64,000 nt of DNA from Marsupella aquatica (lineage: Eukaryota > Plantae > Marchantiophyta): contig OZ316892.1 of assembly GCA_973895155.1 (NCBI GenBank), positions 25,691,233 to 25,755,232 on the forward strand, given 5' to 3'. Position 1 is the stretch's first letter; each line of letters begins with the position of its first letter. Made by a program: the position numbers and the translations under genes. The notes under the pieces were generated by a model, which saw nothing but the letters and a program-made list of their open reading frames with translations, did not search any database and was not told where the DNA came from. Of the stretch, positions 49,853-63,622 are shown piece after piece.

Positions 49853-52413
49853 TCAGAGCTCCAGCAATGGAGGTGCCCCTTGATTGAAATTAGCGACACG
49901 GCCCATGAGAAGGATGACGCCGGTCGAATCCTCGCGAACGACGTAGAGGAAGGGGTGATCGGCGACGAAATCCACCTTGTAGAGAGGATCGATGGAATTG
50001 TACCTCGTGAGGCCGGCAACCATTGGACTAGCTCTTGCGCCCATGACGAGCCCACCTGTGCCACCATCCTCTGTCACCTCGACAATGGCCTCGTGGACCA
50101 TCGACGACAGGGCGAGAGGCCTCTCTTTCTTCCCGAAGCTGTAGCAAAAGCACCCCACAGGCTGCTTCTTCTCGAGCCGATCCTCCTCGTCCATCAACAT
50201 GCCTGAGAAATCGGCCTTCCGCTCTGAGAAGGGAAGATTTAAGCCCAAGCTGTGGAGAGCTCTGTTCACCTGGAAATTGTATGAAGCCTTGAATTTCGGG
50301 AGGTAAAATTCCCCCACGGGTTCGGACCGCATTACCAGTGGCAGCTCAGTCATCAGCCAGTCTGCCGTAAGGTCTCGTTCCAGCTCTGGTAGCCCGTCTC
50401 TCTTCTCGGGGAGTATGATGTACATGGAGAAGGAGCGGTGGTCCTTCATACCTGCTGATTTGTATGGCAGCTTCAAAACCTTGAAATTGAAGGGCTCTTT
50501 GTTGGACGGGAGGGTCTCTGCAACAGGGGAGCCATTGGCGGTGACATCCTCTTGGGCCTTCGTTGGAGATTCCGGGAAGCTCCAAGGGTCGGAATAGTTG
50601 AATGAAAGGGAAGCGTCGTACTCCGATTGAGAGGCCCAGTTGGAATAGGATTTGATCATCTGCTTCTGCTTACTCTTCATCATGGGGATCGAGACCGTTC
50701 CCCCGTCGAGAAGGTGGAAGGTCTTGGGAGTGGTCAGCTTTGCATCGAATTTCTCCTTCCATGTGCCCTTGAAGTAGAGTGCATTCACCACAAGAAGTCG
50801 AGTATATGTAAAGAAAGCCTCGGCTGACAGGATGTTGCTTGATTTTCCGAGCGTCTGGCTTCTCACCCATTCGTTAACGTCCTTGCACACCTCAGCAGTC
50901 TGAACCAAATCAATCAAGACAAACAAAGATCAATTAATTTCGCCAAATTCCCGCGGAGCTAAAGTAATTAAGACAAAAAGAACAATCAATCAGTTCCAGA
51001 CGGTCCTTCAGTTGCCATCTCACTCACTAGACCTCATCTCTCGAATCATAATCCTCTACATCATAATCCTCGTGCTTAAAATAGGTCAAGTCTGATTTCT
51101 TCAGATGGCGGCAGCTAAAGTTTTAGAAAGCAGCTCTTCTCTTTCGAAGTTCTCAGCATAAGAACGGCACCAAAGGCGGGAGACAGCAAAACGGTCGTGA
51201 TGCAGGGGACTAGCCACCAAACCGTGACTTCAAGAAAGTACAGAAGGATGATATGCGGAGGTCGTACCCACATCATCATTTGCCATCTCAACAGACAATC
51301 AGGAGAACTCCACTTTCAATTGAATTCCAAGGTCACCCAAAAATAGAATAACAGATCACATAATTGAGCTTGCAGATAGAAGCCGCGTTCCATGCCCAGG
51401 TTTGTATTTGCAGACCACAAAACAGTTGAAAGAGGGGTTCTGGTAGAGTCAGCACACTCAAGAATGCAGGAGCTGAGTCCACCCTGAGTAGCTGCGACAG
51501 GGAGTTAAGCTGAATAGCAGGACGAAGAATCCGAGATCTTTGTCGAGTGCAGTTCGCAGTAACGGTTCTAGTATGCAGTGACAAAGGCGAACACAATGGC
51601 CACACAGACCATCAAATCCTTTTCACAGCAAAGACTAAGGAATGCATCGAACAAAGGGACGATGTGCTAGATAGGGTCACAGGTCGTAGAAGACGAAGTT
51701 GACATACTCGTCCAGCACAAAGGACAGTCAGTTTCCAAGAGAGACTACCAGAGAGTGAATTTCATCAGAATAGAAGACTGGAAGTTTCTCTCGTTACGTC
51801 CAATGATGCTCTAAACTGATTGCAAAGATCAAGATGTGCGTCTCTTGAATCAGAGAACGATTCATATCAGCTGCAAGTGAAATTTTCGACAGGTTGCACC
51901 TCATATTGGAAACATGTCTCACTCGACGGAAAATTAAGAAAACCCGGGATGGATGGAAGGAAAAGAGGCTGTCATTAATACCTTTGATCGGAAGTCTGTT
52001 TCTTGAGCCTCAGCACCGTAACCGGTCTTGACATACTTGGCGAACTGCGGATTAAACGGGTTCCTCTCGTCGACCCACAGCCCATTGGCAATCCCCACAA
52101 CGGGACCGCCGGCCTTACTTGCATCACGAAAGATCACGTTATGCACATATAAGTAGAATTGGTGCATGGCATCCGCGTCTTTCTGCTTGAGATGGGAAAC
52201 AAACTGGTCCAGAGTCGCGCCTTCTGCACCTGCAGCGGTCATGGCAAGAGCCGTGGCGACGCTAATTGGGGACATCACCAAGTTGCTGTCAAGCTTCTCG
52301 TGAGTGATGGCCTCCTTATACATCTGCATCGCATACTCGCTCTGGCTGTGCGCTTGCTTCACTATGGCCTGCTCAGACGCAAGGTCCATCGATACTCTCT
52401 GCTTCTCTGGCAT
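49853..52413 (-). CDS. Serpin, plant two-exon type; exons 52413-51982 and 50899-49853 (~492 aa); atypical hinge and insertions
   Basis: NLVMSPISVATALAMTAAGAEGATLDQ, ANGLWVD, VNEWV..QT.G, LLVVNALYFKGTWKEKF, FKVLKLPY, LPKFK, DFVADHPFLYVVRED.TG.ILLMGRV.N. The phase-0 intron aag|gt...cag|act lies at the usual plant serpin position. Confidence 0.9.
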
Positions 52414-53574
52414 ATTGCTATTTTTCTTCCAACCGGCAAAGACTTTCTATCCAAGCGCCAATTTTCGCCACACTTCCCTCGCTTCCTCTTCAACTCGAAG
52501 CAATTCCTCCGCTACTCAAAAAGCCAGCTAAGAACGCCAAATTCTCCCAAATTCAACTCCAATTTCACACAGTTAAAGATCGTCGGACGCCAAATCCTCC
52601 AATCAAATCTTCACCGTTACGACCAGACAACGTGATGGTCTGCTTCTGTGACACAATCCCCTTCTCCTTGGTCTTGCCTTGACTCGCCACTGCCGCCTCC
52701 TCCTGCTACTTCGCAAGGATGATCGTGGAAACACATCTATCTCCCTCCGAAAGTAGGCTGACACTCTTTCTCACCTCGTTCGGCTCCCTCCTCTCAGCAG
52801 CTCTCAAAATTCTGGGTCCTTTTGAGCCTTCCTCTCCTCTCCTCTCCTGTTCTCTCCTCTCTCGGCTTCTCCTCTCTTCTCCTCGATCTTCTCACGTTCT
52901 CTCAGTTGTCCTTCTGTACCAATCTTGTTGCTGCGCACGGCTCGGCGACCAGTGACCGCCGACCTTGTCTTCTTCTTCGTCTCGTACTCTCTCTACGCTG
53001 CTCTACACTCTTCGCTTCGCTGAGCGGCTCTTTCTCGTGTACCCAACTTGTCTCTTTGGCAGCTCGGGTGAGCTATGATGATGAGTAGTCGACTCCGAGT
53101 CCTTGCGTGATCTTGTATTCTTTCCTCTGCTTCTGTACACTCTCTCTCTCTCTCTGGGCATTCTCTGCTTCGACGCCTGCAAAATCTATCGGCTTTCTTC
53201 GGCTCTCTATATAGCGAGACGTCGTCTCGTTGCTCCCTTCGTGAGTTCCTCCTGCGGCATTCAATCTTCGTGGAGACGGTTTGTTGTACCTGCCTACTTG
53301 GCAGTGCGGCTGATGAGCTTTTTACGGTAACTCCCGGTAACTTCTAGGAAGAAAGCTCGAGGCAGAGTTTCTCGCAAACGTTTTGCTTCTTTTGCGCGGA
53401 AGAAGGTATCCTCCTCGTCAATCACGGTGATTAATTAAGCTAAGAGCTATCTCTTTGCCTCGAAATAACGACCTGTAAGGGAGTCTCGAAGCTCAAAAAT
53501 GGATGGCAGTTGGTCATAAAATTTTCACAAGATTACATACTAGGTCATGTCAAAGTTCTCCCATGTCAAAGTTC

Positions 53575-53826
53575 TCCCATAACCAAAGTGTTTTATTTTT
53601 GTGACGTACTGGGTACTTATTTTGGTGGCCCATAACTATTTTGTAATGGCCGTAACAGCATTTTATATCCTGAGCCATAACTGAGTTACAGTTAAGTTTT
53701 CCCATAACCAAAGTGTTTTATTTTTTAGGACATATCACCCTTATGGGGTATTTATTTTGATAGCCCACAATGATTTTGTCATGGCCGTAACAGCATCTTA
53801 TATCCTGAGCCATAACTGAGTTACAG
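53575..53826. repeat. ~125-bp direct tandem duplication
   Basis: cccataaccaaagtgttttattttt...ggccgtaacagcat..ataactgagttacag occurs twice. Confidence 0.75.
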
Positions 53827-56800
53827 CTCTGCATTGACATGCCCTAAAAGGGATGATGGCATTGGGCCATGAAAAAATGGTCATATCTTTTTCAAAAGAT
53901 TATATACAAAGGTCTCTATTTTTTATGGTGTTACCAGCCTCTACAGTGACTAATAGCTATGGCATACCTCCAATCCTTATGGCAAAAAGTTACTGACTTT
54001 GAATTTCACAGTCTGTAACTTTTTGTGTCCATGACCCATAATTAGTGAAATAAGGTTCATCAAGTTATCAGCTTTGAGACTGCCTATTGAATAGTGTCCT
54101 TCCAAAAACCAACATAGAACAAAGGTGGCCCAAAACTGAAGATGTGTGAGGCCTGCACCAGGGGAGAAGCAAGACCAAAGAGGAAGACTGCTAAAGTAGG
54201 GGTTTTACTACAGTGGGAGTGGCGCACTCTATACAAGAGGTCAGTGAAGTCCGGCCAGATCTGACCAAAGGGTGGGTCTGTGACAGAAGATCAAGTCTAT
54301 CTGTTGGATCTGCAATGCAGCCTCAACTCTTGAGCCAGGGAATGCTTCATGGGCTGAGAGGAACTGGTGTTAGTGGTGAACCTTGTTGTAGCTGACCCTC
54401 AAAGATGTGGCCCTGAAAACTCTCTCAATTTCTCGGCTAAAGTCTTCAACCCAAAATGATGGGTCTCGGTAACTGCACATCAAAATATGACATATACTAT
54501 GTACGGCACCCCTGCATCCGGTGAGAATCCTACTTTTTTTCAATTAATGAATGCAACCACATTTTGATGTGTGGTTACCAGCAGGGCAAAATCACAGAAG
54601 GTCTTGTCTTTGTTTTTCAAAGGTAGAGACTGCAAGTACCAAAATTATGTGGACCTTGACCTACACTTTCCACTTCAGAAGCCATCAAAGGAGGAGGGGT
54701 TTCACGTACTACTTTCTCCCTCAATAATTAGCTGCCAGAACATGGGTTTAGGGTGGCATACATGCAAGACAATTCCAATTCTATGGTAATTGACTGAACC
54801 AAACCAAGTGAAGTCAATTGTGGTGCCATGTCAAAACTGGAATCTATATTCTAAGGTAGGGAACTCCAAAATATGAGGAGCAATTTCTTGGGAAATTCAG
54901 GTGTGATCTCACAATTGGAACCTGCATCCTAGGGTAGGGTACCTACTCCAAGAATACTAGGACCAGATTCTTGTGAATATACAACCAAAACATAGAGGTG
55001 GAGTGGCACCCCATCCTGGTAATTGTATATCAAGAACAAACAATCAAATATATATTTAGAATAACACTCAGTTATTTAAATAAAATAATTGAATTTGTCA
55101 TTATATGAAATGACACACTACATCCTCGGTTGTCACAATTGATGTGCAATTACCAGGATGCAAATGGCACAGATTAGCCCATGCTATGATATTTTACTTG
55201 ACTGGGTTCAGTCAATTGTGGTATATCTCACACTAGCCCCAACTATCTGTTATTTGATTGAACGTGAATAGAGAGGAGGGCAATAAAAATGTCACCAAAA
55301 TATATTACTTGTTCACATTTTTTGAAGGTTAATGAAATGATTAAAATAACCATTGTACATGTCATCATTTTAATAATCATACATAACAAACCATGCACTT
55401 TTCTATGCACATCCTTCTTTCTATGCACATATGTTTGATGGGGCCATAGTGCTAATTTTGAATATAAATAAAAAGTATGATAAAAAATATCCATGATTAT
55501 CATTTGACATGCATTATAGTCATGAGTTTTCACATCCACATGATCAGCCATGGAGTTAGGGTCTAGAGTATTTTTTATCATACTAGGTCTCAACTCTAGT
55601 TTGTAGTTGACTCTTTATAAGTAAGATTCCTAAAGGAGGATAATCAATATTAGAACTAATTCTTGGGAATATAGGTGGAATGGGACATAATACAATAGGG
55701 TAATTGGACTGAACCCAGTCTAATCAATTGTAGTTGATCTCAAGGTTGGAACCTATATACTAAGGTAGGGTAACACAGAATATTTGGACCAAATTCTTGG
55801 GACATTCGTTCACTCTTCTTGCGACCAAATAGTTTTTTGGTCACAGGCTGGCATGTCTATTTGTAATGATGAACTTCATTAACTCCTAACCCAAGATGCT
55901 AGTGCTCGTTCAATTCACCATGGGGCTACCCCTCTTCTCACCTGGGGTCCTATTTTATTCTTTACCACCTCGTATAGCACAAACCAAGATGTCAAATTGA
56001 AAATCCTTCAATATTCTAAAACATTCTTGCTTAAGCCCCTGCTGTTGGTATGTTGCTTAAGCCCCTGCTGTTGGTATGTAGCTGGCCCAGACATACTCAA
56101 ACCGCTAGATTCTTGTTTCCTCTTGCTTTCCCTATAAGGCTTTCCAAGTTAATAAAATAATAAAACATAAAAGTTTCAAGTTTATCCAAACGCATGAGCC
56201 ACCCAATCATGATTGGAGAGGCTAAACCCACACTCTTATACCCAAGTAGTTTTCGTTTGTGTACGATACTATCCGGCCAACCCTTCCCACCCTCTGCTCC
56301 CTTCCTCCAAATTTTTCCACAACTTTTGTCCAATATCATGTGTCTCTTTCTCACTCAACAAATTGCTCCCAATCTAAACTCTACCTACCCATATCAAAGG
56401 TTTAGATTTGAACCAAGATGGGTTCTTGGAAAATTCTAGTTGCCCATCCTTACTGGACAGCCCTGTTTATTAAATTGATGATGCTTTTGTAGACCCTGAA
56501 AATTAAGCTATTCTATGATAATAGGATCTCGAAGCTCAAATGGACCAATGGAACTCTTCATTAAGCTTCTAGATGGAGAATGAAGCTCTCAAGGACCATC
56601 ATGTTTGACAAGATGTTCCATAGACGCATGTAAGTCTTCATTTAAGCAAATACTGTCTATGGTAATTGGAGGTTGAAGTTCTCATGGACCATCCCTTTCA
56701 ATAAGATGCTCAACCTTTGCATCTTGCATGGACCACTCTAAAACATTCAGTTTTTACTTAGCTAGCATCTTTCTTTTGTGTAAATGTTAAACTGTTTTGG

Positions 56801-59800
56801 AGTGTCAAAAACATTTGCCTATTGGAGTCTGGAAGTTTAGTGTTCTGGTTCATTTGAGCATAATTTCATTGTAACTGGAAATTATGTGCCTGAAACACAA
56901 AAATTAGAGGAATATTTGTCAAAAAATTAAGCCCAATGGACCGAAGGATAGGTTCTGCCCATCCCCATGGACTGCGTAAACTTATCAGTCAGAACAGTGA
57001 CAAACTGTTTTGGAAGGATGCCTTGAGTGACTTTTTCAAGCACCCCAACCAAGTGTAAACTGTTGGTTTTAGGTGAATTTGTGCACTTATTTGTTTGACT
57101 TTTAGATCTTTGTTTAATCTGCTGTCCAGTCTATTACCTCACAAAGCTTGAGTTTTTTCTGAGATGGTTTGCTATATTTCTGATGAGCACAAAAATGATC
57201 AAATGTTATAAATCAACGCCCACCAGACTATTCATTTTTGTATAGAACTCTCTGAGAAATTTGGGCATGAGCAACACATTACCACGGTTGGGAAGGACGT
57301 TTCACTTTTGTGAAGGATGCTTTGAGTAGTTTGGACATGGGAACAACCTATCATGAGGTGAAATTGCCTGCAAACAGTTAGGAGCCTGTCTAAAGGTCAG
57401 AATTTATTTCTTTCTTTCTTTAATTTGGAAGGGGCAGATGCCCAGGAAACTTTATTCGGGAACACACAAGCAAAAAGACTCTACGGGTCAGAATTGAGTG
57501 AAAATCATGAAGTTGTTACTGGAATCTATTTAGAAGTGTTGCGCCAGTCCATCCAAGCTTTATCTTTCCGGGCTTCACAGAAACCCCTCAGTCCATCCGA
57601 GGTTTATTTTTTAGAAAGACACACATGATAGATATGCATATTCCATGGACTTCTAAAATGAAAATTGTTATTTGCTGGACCCCATTAGCCCCATGAAATT
57701 TTGGATATGTTCATTTAAGGTCCATCAAGTGTCTCGATCATTCACAGGGTCTATCAAATAACGTTTTTGATTTAGGGGTTCATCGAATATATCACTCCAT
57801 TTTACCCTAATATAGTGTCACTCTATATTGCATTCAACTACCAAATCGTATTATGTTTTTATTTCCAAGAAACTCGGGCAGAGGCGCAGAGCCCAATGGA
57901 CCATATTAGATTCTTACGTCATCATTTGTGACTCTAAACACAATCAAATCGTGACAGTACGACCACTTCAGATATTATTTCACCAGTTCTTAATTTGGTA
58001 TCAAAATGATTTCACCTGTACCTGCATTATTATTAAAATAGCTCTTTCTCTGTAGCTAACTTTGGCTTCAACATTATTTCAAGTGCAGCTCGAGCTAAAT
58101 TTGGAGGCATCTTGACTACTCACATGAAGACAAATCGACCCTGGTTTGCAACAGAATGGCCATGAGCGACCCTATCCATTTGTTTTGTTTTCTACCGTGT
58201 CCTTTGTTGCGCAAATAGCTGGATCATCATTTCTTTCTCTCCGACATGTCCACCACTTGGCTACCAAGTTTAGTAGCCAAACTTGGTTTTAAGTACCTCC
58301 ATTTTTGTGTCCTTTTTTTCCAACACCCCAATTTTTGAACTCATGTTTTGGCTTGCAAACTCACTTACCTATTTCGAGTCCTACAATTAGAAGTTTTATA
58401 TTGGAGGTGAGGGACCTGGCTGACAAAAGGGGTACATGAGAGACTTCGTAAATGTGGAGAGCACCTCATTTGAGACATGTCTATTTTTAAGTACAGTAGA
58501 TCTCCTTGTGTGGATGGGAAGGTTAATGTTTCTTCATATTTCTCACCTGTGTGTACAGTGTAAGTGTCTCAACCTTTTGTATGGCGACAACTACTTTGCT
58601 TAATTGGGCGGGAGGAGAAAGTTATCTGGTGTTGATGGATAGCTGTGAGGGCCTTTCTTGAGTTCTTGAAGTCTTTTGAATAATGTTTGGTTAATGTGTG
58701 GATTGAGTGTGATAGTTTCTCTTTTGTTGCTCTTACAAACTGCCAGGTAATCTCTCAACTGTCTTTCTTGGGAATTTGTGTCCATTGGTCACTGAACATA
58801 TCTTGACCTGTCAGTCGTGTTGGCAAAGGGTAACCTCTGCTAATGTTGATATATGTTGACATTTTCCTTTTGGACATTCACCATTTCGAGAATTTATTGA
58901 ATGAATTAAGTTAGAGCTCACCTAGATGAGGAGTATTTAGCATGTGATTTGAAAAATCTTAGTGCTGGCCGGGTGATAAGCGGCCCTTCATTTGTTAGGT
59001 TCACCATGATAAATTATACTGCACATAGTGATAAAAGTGGCCAACTTGTGTAGTTTAACTCAGTCAGTGCCTAGCTCAAAGTGTCTGCAAACCATTGAGT
59101 CTCACAATTGCATCTCGTTATCAACCCTCGCACATGCAATTGTGCTTACCACCTTCCCTTAATATGTGTCCACCCTCAAAATGTGGCTGGTCCACAAAAC
59201 CTGGCCCTGGGTTTCTCCTGGTGGTTCACTGATTCACCCATGTCTTCTCGTGAGTGAACCCTGATTGCCTGTGGATTTTTCTGGCTGACCCAGTAGTTCC
59301 CCTATGGACAAACAGACAGAAAAAAATGTAATCTATCGAGAGCCTTGCTCTGCAAAAACAGTTATATACAAAGGCCTGCTCCATATTTGGAAAAAAAATT
59401 GAGAGCATAGAGTTTGTTTTGGTTTTCGAGAGCGTGCATTTGTTTCTTAGCATGAACAAAAGTTGAGATGGACTAAACATTTGGTAAAAAGTCTTGATTG
59501 ACCAACACCACCCAGGTGGACAGTCCGAAGTATTACTTTACTCGAATTATACCTTTCCTTTGTATGAACGTTGATATTTTTATATCAAAATTGCTTGGTC
59601 CATCCGGACAGACCCTTTAGTGAAATGTGGTCAACCATTTGGGCATCACCCTTCTTTTGATTGTTTTAAACTCATTCAACACTAAAGCCAGATCGGTCAG
59701 AATAAAGGCCCCCCACCCCTACGTCCACCACCACCACCACCACCACCACAGAGATTGGTGGCAGCAAGTGTGGCTGCTATCTCATCCTCTTCCCATGGAA

Positions 59801-59919
59801 AAATGGTCACAGTTTGCAATTCAATGAGTCATTACGTAACATTTTGAGAATCAGCTAGAAAGAAAACATGAAGTTAGAGGGGAATTTTTAAATTTTGTTT
59901 TAAAGTAAGGGGAGGGATC

Positions 59920-60120
59920 CTTCCACTTGGCACCGTCGGATCACTAAGGCCGACTCTTGTCCCTGCTCGACAGGTATGTCGTGCAGTCAAGCTCCCTTTT
60001 GCCTTTGCACTCGAAGGCTGATTTCGGTCCAGCCTGAGGAAACCTTGGCACACCTCCGTTACCTTTTGGGAGGTCTACGCCCCATAGAAACTGTCTACCA
60101 GGACTGTTCCTCGGCCCGTA
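59920..60120 (-). pseudogene. rrn23: Plastid-type 23S rRNA fragment (NUPT)
   Basis: caccgtcggatcactaaggccgac...ccgttaccttttgggagg..cgccccatagaaactgtctacc is the reverse complement of a domain-V segment of plastid 23S; only ~200 bp. Confidence 0.85.
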
Positions 60121-60129
60121 CTCACTCAT

Positions 60130-60306
60130 GTCTCAGTAGACTTTATTAGTGGCATGTTCTAGTCCTCTTTCCCATTGTTGGGGAAGAGTTAGCCACAGGT
60201 TTAGGTAAACAATACTATAATTACCGCCTAGACAAGTAGGCATCCAACCCGTAAGAGCAACTACCCAATGGCAAGGGCAGCGCTCTACCAACTGAGCTAT
60301 ATCCCC
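60130..60306 (-). pseudogene. trnA: Plastid trnA-UGC 5' exon (60306-60269) plus start of its group II intron (NUPT)
   Basis: Minus strand ggggatatagctcagttggtagagcgctgcccttgc followed by ttgggtagttgc..tacgggttggatg..ggcggtaat, matching the trnA intron 5' end. Confidence 0.8.
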
Positions 60307-60422
60307 TTTACCAAGCCCAAGCAAGGTGGCAACAACCAACCTAGCAACAATCAAGCAAAAGAAACATGATGCAAAGCCCCCACACGGGGCAAACCACCCC
60401 CACAAAAAAACCCCAACCCCTA

Positions 60423-60562
60423 ATCAGGCCATGAGATCCAAAAGAGCCACAGTGGAGAGATCTCTTTTGGATCTCATGGCCTGATCCAATCAAAATGATC
60501 TAGAGGGGTTCCTATCTGATATAAGCTCAGATAGGACCCCCTTAAGATCATTTTGATTGGAT
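60423..60562. repeat. Two abutting long inverted repeats (24-bp perfect and ~36-bp near-perfect hairpins)
   Basis: atcaggccatgagatccaaaagag / ctcttttggatctcatggcctgat; atccaatcaaaatgatct..cctatctga / tcagatagg..agatcattttgattggat. Confidence 0.85.
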
Positions 60563-62769
60563 GGGATTCTGAATCTCACATAGGATCTATGGAAACATGT
60601 GTCTTCCTACAATGACGTGGATTTAGAGTAAACTTGCTTTACTCCCAAACAAAGAGGATTTGGGATCTCATCCAAGTTCAAAGGTTTTGGATGGAGATCC
60701 CATCCAAACTTAGGACTCGTAAGAAACCAACCATGAAGGTTTTCAATTCTTTTGGCAAAATGTAGGGCAGTATTGCAAACCCAAATATACTCTAGACATA
60801 AGTACAAGCATAGTCTAGATTTCAAAATCCATTGCAAATTATAGTATAGATTAAGATGCATGTAGTATCGATACCAATTTTTTTTTGTTTCTTTTTTGAA
60901 AAGCTTTCCTAGCCCAGTCGTACAACAGGACTGTGGGAGCTACTACACTACCTTTCTGGGCGGGACCTATATAGCATGAAAAAGCACCTTTATCCAACCC
61001 ACACGGTTTTAAGGACAAGTGGGGGGCCAAAATGTGTGAAGGGAAACAAAACCTCACGCAAGAATATGCACTTTATCCACACAGTCCACCCTCAACACGG
61101 TTGGGAGAACTTTGGCGATTCAAGACTCCATCCAGCCCTTTTTTTAGTGGCAAAAATTGTGCAAATTTGAAAGAAAGTCTTCGTCACCTTTGGCCAAAAT
61201 GTGCTAGAGTTCCTGTGTTTTATTAGGCAGTTTCGCACCAAGCGACAGACCAGTAACTTCTCAGAAGCCAAGAAAATTCAGGGGGAAATCTGCCCAAATC
61301 AGCGTTTAGCTACAGTTGGATTCGCAATGGGCGAGTATTTGGCAGATTCCACCTCAGAGAAAAGTCTTTGCCACATTCAGCCAAAATCAGCTAGACTTTT
61401 TGTGTTCCATTGGCCAGTTTCCCACGTAGCTTCAAACTAGAGATTTTTTAGTTCCTAATTCTGGCCAAAAACTTACCTCCTTCAACTAATGGCAAATGAT
61501 GCACAGAAAAACGAGTCAAAACTAAGTCAAATCTGCCCAAATCTGCCTTTAGCTGCAGTTGGATTTGCAAGATCTTTGAGAACTCTAAGATCAGAGAATA
61601 TCTACCTCCTTTCCACAAATCTATGAATATTTATAAGTACATCCCCAATATCGTCTCTCCTGGAGCATTTGCGAGTTCAATTCCATAACAAAAGACACAC
61701 AAAATGATTGTCACGTACCCCATTAGCCAAAAGTTGACAGTTGTACTTAAATCTAACGGCCAGAAGATAGCTAAGAAAGACCATTATATTCTTATTTACA
61801 CAAGGAATGATCCCACTCTAGCTAACAAGAAAAACCTTTACATTTCCTTGGCTCCATGAGACCAGGCGAGTTGGGCGTTGACCACAAGGGGACAAGGTCT
61901 TAGCAAGAAGATGCAGATTGGATAGACATATGCATTTCTCTAGCTGAAAAGGTGTGATGGATATGTCTCACTATGATTACTATCTCGTTGGAAAGAGCTG
62001 TGTAGATTTTATGTGGCTGAAAAGGCGGGAGAAATGATTCTATCGCCAATAGAAGGGCCCTGTGGAAGGTGGGTACCGACATAGGCTGGTGCTCCTTTCA
62101 GGAGTAATGATAACATGTGTCAACTTGTAACTATAGTAGAATCTATTCATGGCTTAACAAAATAGGCTAACCTCTAGTCAATTAGGAAATGCACACTTAC
62201 ATCTCGTGTACAATTCAATTTTTATGTGAGTGTACTAGCCCGCGTGAGTATGCCCTCAAGGGCTCATGTACACACCTATAACCCATGTCCATCTTTACTC
62301 ACAAGCACATTCTAAATGTTCTAATGTATTTGTTATGAGAGAGATTATGGTCTATGATTTCATTCTAAGAAGCAAATATTGAAAGGTATACTTTGATCAC
62401 AAATTCTAGTATAGATAATATGTTTACATACAAGTGATGGGATGTAACCATGCAACTCAGATGGACCTGAAATCTGTTCAGAATACTCAGAATTTCAAGA
62501 AAATTGGTGGACCATTTCTTGTAGGCTGGGATATTTGTTTCATCTTTTTTTGTCAATAACAATGAGCTACTAGTTTCACTCATCATGGGCTAACACGCCT
62601 GCCCACACATCCATGCACACTGGGGTGAGTCACTTAAGAAGCACTTGTGCTCCACTTTGGGGATGGGGAGTGTAACATCATCTGTGAATTAGACCAAGGG
62701 AGAGTAAATTTCACTTTTGTTGGTGGGGTGTGTTAAAACTTGAGTTTTATGAGCAGGGTAGGCACAAAC

Positions 62770-63622
62770 ACGTTAAGCAAAGATGACATTCAAAACGGCA
62801 AATCCATGATCATCCAATGCACAAGTAGTTGACACAGAGAGATACATGGTTCATCTCAGTTGAGCCTACGCCTTGGCGACTGCTTCAACTGATACAAAGA
62901 TTTAAACAGTCTGCAAACCAACTCTTCCTACCCTTTATTCACAAAACCTAATGCGGTTATCTCATGAAAATTAACTTTTCCAAGGTGTCATAGAAAACAA
63001 TTGTGACAACATCCATCTGATCTAACATCAGACTAAACAAAACAACAAGCACACTCAATATTCATATTGTAGAGTACTAGGTGAGAACACCTCATTATAA
63101 TCCACATGTTTCTCTTTTGTGAATCGCTTGGATACCAACCTAGCCTTGTAGACCTTTGATCCAGCTCATGTGGATTGGTTGGACTTCAGTTTGTAAGTCC
63201 ACTTGTTTCAAACCCCCATTTAGCCCCAATTTATTTGTTTTTCCCAATTTTCTATTGGTTATTGCTTGTCTCGAGAGCAATTGTTGAGCACAGACTACAT
63301 TCACAATGACAAGCCCATGATCATCCAATGCACAAGTAGCCAACATAGAGAGATACATGGTTCATCTCAACTAAGGTTAGGTCATGGAAACACATGAGAG
63401 CTTTATTGCACTCTAGGCCCATTGACAATATTGAGACTTTGCAATACAAGTTCTCCTTATCTCTCAATTGGCTCTGTAATTAACTTGAGTTCTTACTATC
63501 CAAGCAAACACCGCTTGAGATATAGTGTGCACAATGACTAAACTAACCAAGGTTGCAACTAGGGTTAGCCCTAATTATTTGTTGCTACAATCATAACCCT
63601 AGACTTGAGAGCAAAACACACA
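62770..63622 (-). mobile_element. Degraded remnants of a relative of the 12897-19393 Copia (LTR pieces at ~62770-62880 and 63282-63622, RT fragment at ~63001-63162)
   Basis: tgttgagcacagac..aagcccatgatcatccaatgcacaa resembles the LTR start; 63001-63162 aligns by eye with 14745-14912 (RT). Confidence 0.75.

Noticed and set aside
4000-52413. Biosynthetic gene cluster (UGTs + PLAT + serpin)
   Set aside because: No scaffold-forming or tailoring enzymes (TPS, PKS, OSC, P450) in the window; only a UGT duplicate pair.
59920-60120. Functional rRNA gene or bacterial contamination
   Set aside because: Only ~200 bp, diverged, fused to a plastid trnA intron piece and embedded in nuclear repeats.
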